DNA from: a virus
Reading direction: 5' to 3' (one strand)
Length of the DNA stretch: 64,000 bases
Virus record (IMG/VR): IMGVR_UViG_3300032246_002620
Location: 7,654 to 71,653 of that record
Positions 57,264-64,000 of this stretch are shown one piece after another. Numbering within the stretch: position 1 is the stretch's first letter; each line of letters starts with the position of its first letter. A model generated the notes under the pieces. The model was not told the DNA's origin. It was given only the letters and a program-made list of their open reading frames with translations, and did not search any database. The position numbers and the translations under genes are program-made.

Positions 57264-58808
57264 ATGGCTGATCTCGCGCTCGTCAGGGCACACAAACGTT
57301 CTGGGCGTCTCGTAGCGCGCCGCGTTCCGCAATCCAAGGCCGACATCGAGGTCGTCAGCGAACGCGTCAAACGGGCTCGCGAAGACTTCGGGGCGTTCTG
57401 TACGGCAATGGGTAAGCCGGCAGCGGCGCACATGTTGGAGTGGCACCGCGAGCTTGTCACCGGGGACAGCAACGAACACCTGCTTGACATTGCCGGGCCG
57501 GACTCCTGCTTGCTGAGCCCGCGAGGGTCAGCCAAGAGCACCGTGATCGGCTTGCTGCTGGCTTGGTGCATTGGACGGCACACGCTGGCCAAGAAGCTGC
57601 TGCGGATTCTGTACGTCTCGTTCATCGTGGACGTGGCGCGCGGCAAGAGCGCAGCTATCAAGAACACGATCCTCTCGGACGCCTATCAAGAGATCTTCCC
57701 CTGCGTCCGGCTATCGAAGACTCGGACCAGCGACGAACTCTGGTCGATTGACTTTGAGCATGCCGGCATCGACGTCCGAGGGGAGGACGCCTTCACGCTG
57801 GCTTGTGCTGGCTTGGCCGGTGCGATCACCTCGAAGCGATCCAACCTGGTCGTGCTGGACGACTTGATCAAGTCCAAGAAGTCGATCGACAACCCAGAAA
57901 TTCGCCGGGAGATGGAGGCCAACTGGAACAGCGTCATCGTTCCGACCATGTTCCAGGGCGCCCGGGCGATCGCCCTGGGTACTCGTTTCCATTTCGACGA
58001 CGTCTTTGCGACGACGTTCATCGAGCGCAACGGCTGGAAGGTCATGGTCCAAGCGGCGCTGATGTACGACGACGAGGGCGTGCCGCGGTCCTACTGGCCG
58101 GAATGGTGGTCACTGGAGTACTTGATGGACCTCCAGGAGAAAGACCGGGTCTCGTTTGCCTACCAGTACATGAACCGTGCGGTTCGCTCCACCGAGCTGG
58201 GCATCTCGCCAGAACTGTTTGTTCGCGGGCAGATTCCCGATCAATTCGACTTGATTGGCGTCGGCATGGACCTCTCGTCCGGCCTGAAAGAGCGCAACGA
58301 CTTCACGGTCTTCATGCTGGGCGGCCTGGACGGAGACACCTTCTACGTCATCGACAAACGGCGGATCAAGAGCATGGGCAACATCGAGAAGGTCGAGGCC
58401 CTGTGCGAACTGCTGCATGAATGGAACCTGCTGGACCAGGATTCGGACGGCCGCTACCTGCCGACCGGTTCAGACGTGACGATCTGGCCGGAGGCCGTTG
58501 CCTATCAGAAGTCGTTCGAGGGCGACTTCAAGCGGATCGCGCATCGGGAGTCCAGCCTGGTCCGCCAGCCACTGTTCAACCTGCGCGTCTCGCCGGTGTC
58601 GGGTGTCCGAGGGGACAAGCTCGCCCGGTTCCGTGGCGTGATGGGCCTGTTCGAGACAGGCAAGGTCGTCTTCAACAAGTACCGGGACTTCCGCGTGGTC
58701 TTCGACGAAATCGTGAACCTGGGCAACAGCCAGCACGACGACTGCGCCGACGCCCTCCAGATCCTGCTGGACCAGAGCTGTCGACGCGGCAAGATCCACA
58801 TCGAGTGA
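57264..58808 (+). CDS. terL: Terminase large subunit
   Basis: SPRGSAKST Walker A, VVLDD Walker B, GTRFH.DD, GMDLS, HDDCADAL. Confidence 0.95.
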   Translation: MADLALVRAHKRSGRLVARRVPQSKADIEVVSERVKRAREDFGAFCTAMGKPAAAHMLEWHRELVTGDSNEHLLDIAGPDSCLLSPRGSAKSTVIGLLLAWCIGRHTLAKKLLRILYVSFIVDVARGKSAAIKNTILSDAYQEIFPCVRLSKTRTSDELWSIDFEHAGIDVRGEDAFTLACAGLAGAITSKRSNLVVLDDLIKSKKSIDNPEIRREMEANWNSVIVPTMFQGARAIALGTRFHFDDVFATTFIERNGWKVMVQAALMYDDEGVPRSYWPEWWSLEYLMDLQEKDRVSFAYQYMNRAVRSTELGISPELFVRGQIPDQFDLIGVGMDLSSGLKERNDFTVFMLGGLDGDTFYVIDKRRIKSMGNIEKVEALCELLHEWNLLDQDSDGRYLPTGSDVTIWPEAVAYQKSFEGDFKRIAHRESSLVRQPLFNLRVSPVSGVRGDKLARFRGVMGLFETGKVVFNKYRDFRVVFDEIVNLGNSQHDDCADALQILLDQSCRRGKIHIE

Positions 58809-58867
58809 GCGGCAAAATCAGCATCGAGTGACGCGTCTGGCACCGGTGCTATCCCTAGGATGCGTTC

Positions 58868-61069
58868 ATGGCTCAACAAGACCCCGGCCGCTTCGAGCAG
58901 ATCCTCGAGGCGGCCCGCGAACGGAAGAGCGACAGCGGTGCCGACACGACGATCGTGTCCGGGCACCTTGCCCAGATGCGCCTGTTCATGCTGCGGCAGG
59001 GCATTGAGTTCTACCCGCGGACGGACACCTACGGATTCCGCCATCCGTTCCTGGAGAAGCTGATCGAGGAGAACGAGATCGACCAACGGCTTGAAGGGAT
59101 CGTTGACGACTTCATTTCCCAGGGCAAGGGGCTGTGGTTCTTCCGCCCGGTCGGTAGCGACTACCGCATCATGTGGTTCAACCGGGACAACTACAGGGCC
59201 TACTACGACTCCAACCAGCAGTTGGAAGAGCTCGACCTGATCTACACGTACCAGACCCGGGTCGGCGTCGGCGCCGCAGCTCTTCAGCAGCCGGGCGGGT
59301 CCAAGAAGCAGTACGTGCGGCTCTCGGTCAAGCGGAACGAGATCGTCGAGATCATTTCTGACGAGAAGCCGGCGTTCGATACGCCGTTCCCGATCGATAC
59401 GATTGCCGGCAGGCGCCGGACGACCAAGAACTCCCTGGGGTTCATCCCGGCGGTCGAGGCTTTCAACTGGATGCGTTCGACCGGCATGGATGCCACGGGC
59501 GACTTTGCCGGACACGAGGCGCACATCCTGAAGCACGACCGCCTCGTGCGGAACATCGGGGACAACATCAGCTTTTTTGGAAACCCGACGCTCGTCTCCA
59601 GCCGACCCAAGAGTGATTTGCTGGAAACGAGTGACGAGGCTCCCGCGCAACGGCCGACGATCAGCAGCCGGGCCGGCTTCTCCTCGGTCGATCGAGCAAG
59701 CACGCGGTTTTCCCTGACCGGCGCACCGACGCTTGGCGGGGGCGTGCGGGTGCCCCGGCTGATTGCCAACCTGGAGGCGACGGACCGGGTGCAATACATC
59801 CTCCCAAACGCCGTCAGCGGCGACCAGAACCTCTACGCCCGGCAGTACCGCGAGGAGATCCGTTCCGAGCTTGGCGGCGTCGATGAATTGGGGATCAGCT
59901 CCGGAGCGACGGCCTACGAGATCAAGAGCCTGTTTGGCCGAGCCGCGACCACGGCGTTCCGCAAGTGCCGGGGCCTGCTGACCTACGGACTGTGCAAGCT
60001 GCTGAGCCTGGTGATTTACAACGAGGAGCGGATCTTCCGCGAGAGCTTCTCGATGGCGGCCCGCGTCCTGCCGCCTGACGCGCCGATGAAGGAAGACTTC
60101 GAGGGCGACGATGAGGCTTTCCGCGCTGCCGAGGAGAAGTATCGGGCCGGGTACAGCAAGTACCTGGGGGAGTTGGATGCCGCGATCGGGGCGGCGATCG
60201 AAAAACAGGAGTTTCCGCCTGGCGTGGTCGGGTTGATTCCCGATGGCGATCGCCGCGTCGAGTGGCGCTGGCGCGGGCCAGTGTTCGAGGAGTCGACCGA
60301 GGACATCTTGAACTCGTCGATCGTTGTCCGCAATCTCCAGGAGCTGGGAGTCAACTCGATCGAGGCCTTGCGCTACCTCTTCCCAAGCAAAACCGACGAG
60401 GAAAGGAGCGCTATGCTCAATGGGTACCCATTCAGACTGGCTCAGGCAACACAGCAAAGCATTGCCACGTTCCTGAACCTCATTGGATCGATGCGGCAGA
60501 TCCCGCATCCTCAGGCGCCCAACCTGCCACTTCTCGCAGACGCCCGGCTCGACCTGACGCCATTCCTCTACCGGACCTTTGATTTCCTCAAACGGGAGTT
60601 GACTTATGCAGGACAGTTTGGCGATGCCCCAGGTTCAGGCGAACCCGCAGAGCTCGATCCCATCCAGCGCGCCCGCGTCAATGCCGGTCGCCCCGTCGAT
60701 GCCGCAGGCGCCGATCGGGCAGCCTTCGTACCCGACGCAGCCCAGCTACCAGCAGCCGGCACCGGCGGCTCAGGATCCCTGGCAGGCGGCGTACAGCAAC
60801 CTGTCCGCCCGTTTGAGCGCGACGCCCCAATACCCGCCCCAGGAGCCCTCTTGGGCACCGACCCAGTCGGCAGCCGCCTACCAGGCGCCCTACCCTTCGG
60901 CAGCACCCAGCTACCAGCCGGCGTACAGCTCGGCGATGCCGACCTACTCGCCCCAAGCAATGCCGGCGTATTCGCCGAGCTTGCCGAGCGCGTGGCAAAG
61001 CGCCCCGAGCGCTCTGGCCGCTCCAAGCGCTCAAGCGACCGACGGGTACCTCGACAACGTCAGCGATGA
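58868..61069 (+). CDS. Portal protein
   Basis: Follows terL; about 730 aa with portal-like organisation. Confidence 0.75.
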   Translation: MAQQDPGRFEQILEAARERKSDSGADTTIVSGHLAQMRLFMLRQGIEFYPRTDTYGFRHPFLEKLIEENEIDQRLEGIVDDFISQGKGLWFFRPVGSDYRIMWFNRDNYRAYYDSNQQLEELDLIYTYQTRVGVGAAALQQPGGSKKQYVRLSVKRNEIVEIISDEKPAFDTPFPIDTIAGRRRTTKNSLGFIPAVEAFNWMRSTGMDATGDFAGHEAHILKHDRLVRNIGDNISFFGNPTLVSSRPKSDLLETSDEAPAQRPTISSRAGFSSVDRASTRFSLTGAPTLGGGVRVPRLIANLEATDRVQYILPNAVSGDQNLYARQYREEIRSELGGVDELGISSGATAYEIKSLFGRAATTAFRKCRGLLTYGLCKLLSLVIYNEERIFRESFSMAARVLPPDAPMKEDFEGDDEAFRAAEEKYRAGYSKYLGELDAAIGAAIEKQEFPPGVVGLIPDGDRRVEWRWRGPVFEESTEDILNSSIVVRNLQELGVNSIEALRYLFPSKTDEERSAMLNGYPFRLAQATQQSIATFLNLIGSMRQIPHPQAPNLPLLADARLDLTPFLYRTFDFLKRELTYAGQFGDAPGSGEPAELDPIQRARVNAGRPVDAAGADRAAFVPDAAQLPAAGTGGSGSLAGGVQQPVRPFERDAPIPAPGALLGTDPVGSRLPGALPFGSTQLPAGVQLGDADLLAPSNAGVFAELAERVAKRPERSGRSKRSSDRRVPRQRQR

Positions 61070-61568
61070 GTCGCTGGAAGTCCTCCAGCACTTTGGCGGC
61101 GAAGCTCCCGCCCTGCTGAACAAGTACGCCTGCGCTGTTGAGGACGCCCTGCTGGTGCAGGCGCAGCAGAGCGCCGAAGCCCTTCAACAGCTGCAGCAGC
61201 TGTACGGCAATCTCCAGCAGCTGGAAGTCGCGCTGGGCGCGACCCTCGAGGACAACCAGGCGTACAACCTGCTGACCACGAATCCGGATCTGCTCGCCGA
61301 CTACGTCAACGAGTTTTTCGGTCCGAACGGCCCCGCTCCCGTCGAGCTTCCCCAGGACCGCCTGGAGGCCGAGGTCGCGGCCGGTGGCTACGGTTACCAG
61401 CGGCCGCAGATGGAGATGCCTGCCCCTGGCTACCAGCCGGCCCAAAACTCCGAGTTCTGGGGCACTTTCCAGCAGGTGGCCGAGCGGCAGCCCGATCAGC
61501 TCTGGCGTCTCCTGGCTCAGGCCTCGCCGGATGCTCTGCGGGGCAAGCTGCTGATCTCTGATTCCTGA
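60606..61568 (+). CDS. Putative scaffolding protein overlapping the portal 3' end
   Basis: GGGAG 7 nt before ATG; P/Q/S/A/Y-rich N-terminus, then coiled coil. Confidence 0.7.
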   Translation: MQDSLAMPQVQANPQSSIPSSAPASMPVAPSMPQAPIGQPSYPTQPSYQQPAPAAQDPWQAAYSNLSARLSATPQYPPQEPSWAPTQSAAAYQAPYPSAAPSYQPAYSSAMPTYSPQAMPAYSPSLPSAWQSAPSALAAPSAQATDGYLDNVSDESLEVLQHFGGEAPALLNKYACAVEDALLVQAQQSAEALQQLQQLYGNLQQLEVALGATLEDNQAYNLLTTNPDLLADYVNEFFGPNGPAPVELPQDRLEAEVAAGGYGYQRPQMEMPAPGYQPAQNSEFWGTFQQVAERQPDQLWRLLAQASPDALRGKLLISDS

Positions 61569-61583
61569 TCACGGAGCGATCTC

Positions 61584-61949
61584 ATGTACATGCCCACAGG
61601 GGCCGGTCAATCACTGATGGGGAACTCTCCGGCGGGAGGATCCTTTCATCAGCAGCAGACGGTCAAGCCGGCGCAGATTCAGTCCGCGGCTGGCTCGCTG
61701 GCCGTGACGACCAGGCCCGTCAGTGCTGCAGCGCAAGCTGATGCAATGCGGGAAATCGAGTTGGCCCGCAGGACGGCTGTGCACGGAGCGACGCAAACGC
61801 AGTTGACACTGCAAGCGGATGCGGCGGCGGCCCAGGAAGTGCTGAACAGGCACAAGATGGGGGCACTCTTGGGCGAATGCCATCGCTGCGGCAAGGATCC
61901 CGCCACGCTGTATCTCCCTCAGCTCGCCGCGATGGCCGGCGCAGTCTGA
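61584..61949 (+). CDS. Hypothetical late protein
   Basis: GGAG SD; followed by terminator. Confidence 0.6.
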   Translation: MYMPTGAGQSLMGNSPAGGSFHQQQTVKPAQIQSAAGSLAVTTRPVSAAAQADAMREIELARRTAVHGATQTQLTLQADAAAAQEVLNRHKMGALLGECHRCGKDPATLYLPQLAAMAGAV

Positions 61950-61972
61950 AACGGCCCCAAGATTCGGCCGGG

Positions 61973-62010
61973 AAAAAAGGCCCCGAGGGAGTATGTCCCC
62001 GGGGCCTTTT
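61973..62010. terminator. Bidirectional terminator
   Basis: A6-GGCCCCG...CGGGGCC-T4 between convergent genes. Confidence 0.85.
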
Positions 62011-62034
62011 GCTTGAGTCCCGATCCGTGATAGG

Positions 62035-62352
62035 TCAGGCAGAAGGCGTGGCGTCGGTCTCGGCCTGGGCTCCGGTAATGGAGTCCAGCGCGGCCGTGAT
62101 TGCGGCGTCTTCACTGGCATCGGCGTCAGCAAGGGCCTGAAGCTCCGCCACCTTCGCGGCGGCGGCATCAGCGATTGCATGAGCGCCGGCGGCATCGGCC
62201 TGAGCAGCTTCGATGGCGGCGTGGTCGGCGGCATCGTTGGCCAGGGCTTCAGCCAGGGCGGACTTGGTTTCGGCGAGCTCGGCCTTCAATGCGGCTTCGC
62301 CGGACTGAAGGAACCGGAGAACGGCGATGACGCGTTCGGAAAGGGCAGACAT
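62035..62352 (-). CDS. Ala/Asp-rich coiled-coil protein
   Basis: ATG 62352; ends at the terminator. Confidence 0.7.
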   Translation of the reverse strand: MSALSERVIAVLRFLQSGEAALKAELAETKSALAEALANDAADHAAIEAAQADAAGAHAIADAAAAKVAELQALADADASEDAAITAALDSITGAQAETDATPSA

Positions 62353-62532
62353 GATTCGCTGGGGTCGAAGGGAATTGGACAGGTTCCGCAGGAACCTGAA
62401 GAAAGCAGAGTCCATGGGAGGAGCTGTCGCGGCGCGCAGGGATGCACGCCACGACGACGCTAGCCCCAGGTAGCGCTTTTGACGACCGCCGTGAATGCTC
62501 CGTCTAGCATTGCTGGACATCGAGCACTGACC

Positions 62533-62778
62533 ATGCGAATGGCCGCAGCAGCGCCCATTGCCAGCGAGCTGTCGCACCTTCTACTGGCCGGCAACCCAAG
62601 CTTTGACCTGGGCGTTCCGAAAATCCCAGGCAAGAACCTCGAGGGAGTGCCAAATGCCAATGATCCCGTGATGCGCGAAAAGCTGCGTCAACGTTTTCTT
62701 GCGAACCCGGACGGACGCGAAGACCTTCCCGGGTTTCTGAAGAAGGCCGCCGCGGATCACGACTGGCAGCTCCTCTGA
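62533..62778 (+). CDS. Small late protein (MRMAA...)
   Basis: CTCCGTCTAGCAT upstream. Confidence 0.6.
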   Translation: MRMAAAAPIASELSHLLLAGNPSFDLGVPKIPGKNLEGVPNANDPVMREKLRQRFLANPDGREDLPGFLKKAAADHDWQLL

Positions 62779-62815
62779 TCACTCCGTCTAGCATGACGTG
62801 ACATCGTGCAGCATC

Positions 62816-63109
62816 ATGCGACTGGCAGGAAGCCCTGAGATGTACCAGGCGCTGGTGAAGCACCTGGTCAGTGATGACATGCCCCGCCCCGCCGCTGGGC
62901 ACATGGCGGCTGAAGTGCTGGCTCACGGCGAAGGCGTGGACACCAGCATCGAGCACTTCGTTCAGGCCTATCGCTCCTTCAAGGAGCAGGGGTTCAGCGA
63001 CGAGGCGGCTCAACACCTCGCCGTCGAGTCCCTGGAGGACGAGGGAGAGGGGCAAGTCGGGGGCATGGACGATGAAACCATTTCTGGCCTCGGAGGCCGC
63101 TACCAATGA
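62816..63109 (+). CDS. Small acidic late protein with N-terminal RLAG
   Basis: MRLAGSPEM; CTCCGTCTAGCAT upstream. Confidence 0.7.
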   Translation: MRLAGSPEMYQALVKHLVSDDMPRPAAGHMAAEVLAHGEGVDTSIEHFVQAYRSFKEQGFSDEAAQHLAVESLEDEGEGQVGGMDDETISGLGGRYQ

Positions 63110-63858
63110 CCGCTGTCCCTATCGCTAACTATGTCAGCTCCCTTGACATGGGGAAGGCGCATCACCGCGCCTGGCTGCAGGCTGCGCTTGAGGAACTTGT
63201 CAAGCTCAAGCCTGATGCGCTGGATCGGGAGGGCAGCTTGCACTCTGTCTGGTCCGCGGCAGTGCCCGCGTCGCCCGTAACCGAGAAGCGACCCTGGCAT
63301 ACCCTTGCGGTGCCCTATTACAGCCAGCGGGATTCGGCCACAGGGCAGTCGTATCGGATGTGCTTTTCGAGCTCCTGCGCCATGCTGGTGAACTTCCTGA
63401 GGCCGGGTGCACTCGGGGGTCCTAACGGAGACGACCAGTACCTCAGGACGGTCGAGAGTTACGGCGATACGACCGACGCTCAAGCGCAGCTGAGGGCGCT
63501 GGCCAAGTACGGCGTCAAGGCACGGTTTGTCCAGGACGCCGATTTCCGGCTCATTCAGACGCAGATTGCGCGCGGAGTTCCGGTGCCTTGTGGCTACCTT
63601 CACCGGGGGCCAATCGACTCACCTTCCGGCGGAGGGCATTGGCTGATTGTCACTGGCACTCCGGACGCCAAGAGCATCATCGTCAATGACCCTTTCGGCG
63701 AACCTGACCTGCTGAGTGGGGCGACACTGAGCTCTTCCGGGAAGGGTCTTGTCCTCACTCGAGAGAACTTTGGCCGGCGTTGGATGGTCGAGGCAATCGG
63801 CGGCGGGGCGTACCGCTATGCACCCGGCAGGGGTTGGGCGATTGTCGCGGAGCCCTAG
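63106..63858 (+). CDS. Peptidase C39-like protein (probable cell-wall peptidase/endolysin)
   Basis: VPYYSQRD...MCFSSSCAM, GHWLIVTG, IVNDPFG. Confidence 0.88.
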   Translation: MTAVPIANYVSSLDMGKAHHRAWLQAALEELVKLKPDALDREGSLHSVWSAAVPASPVTEKRPWHTLAVPYYSQRDSATGQSYRMCFSSSCAMLVNFLRPGALGGPNGDDQYLRTVESYGDTTDAQAQLRALAKYGVKARFVQDADFRLIQTQIARGVPVPCGYLHRGPIDSPSGGGHWLIVTGTPDAKSIIVNDPFGEPDLLSGATLSSSGKGLVLTRENFGRRWMVEAIGGGAYRYAPGRGWAIVAEP

Positions 63859-64000
63859 GCGGCAGCCTAGATCTCCTTGAGCACCAACCCACCAACGGAG
63901 AAGCGGACCAGGTCACCGATGGCAATCGTCGGTGGGTTGGCAATCACGCCGTACTCCAGGAAGTTGCCACCACTGGCTGCATCCCAGCAACCGAAATAGC

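Noticed and set aside
16551-60253. HIP1 octamer GCGATCGC
   Set aside because: Only a handful of copies noticed by eye; enrichment cannot be established without counting
58505-60508. Long antisense ORFs (also 36177-37652, 13990-14931, 56397-57479)
   Set aside because: Shadow ORFs opposite well-supported genes in high-GC3 DNA
63106-63858. C39-like peptidase as the enzyme cleaving the RxAG tag
   Set aside because: C39 transporters cut GG/GA leaders, but this VPYYSQ-type phage subfamily is better explained as a cell-wall peptidase; there is no direct evidence for the link

Overview
A high-GC (roughly 65%) segment of a tailed dsDNA phage genome, most likely a phage of picocyanobacteria (Synechococcus/Cyanobium type). 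The host inference rests on an nblA-like gene, DUF3288, a cyanobacterial PEP-CTERM tail, a cyano-type ThyX and a cyanobacterial RHH protein. Two arms diverge from a non-coding region of unusual composition at about 46.4-47.1 kb. The minus-strand arm holds about 50 small early genes (DUF932, Gp157, GP88, HATPase, pentapeptide repeat), then recombination, replication and nucleotide genes (SSBs, clamp-like protein, exonuclease, primase-VirE helicase with an adjacent iteron region, dNMP kinase, ThyX). The plus-strand arm holds virion/ejection-like proteins, a PAPS reductase, terminase, portal, scaffold and a C39-like peptidase. The most notable signals are: (1) a shared R-[F/M/Y/L]-A-G peptide tag on about a dozen unrelated late/virion-type proteins, at N-termini or domain junctions, suggesting a cargo-addressing or maturation system; (2) a 7-copy hairpin-embedded element (CACTCAGCAGTGCACA) that, with terminators and a second hairpin at the ribosome-binding position, builds repeated early-gene cassettes; (3) a CCTAGVAT late -10 regulon; (4) a roughly 460-bp portal/scaffold dual-coding overlap; (5) several apparently inactivated enzyme homologues. 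All family assignments come from motif recognition by eye, not database searches.
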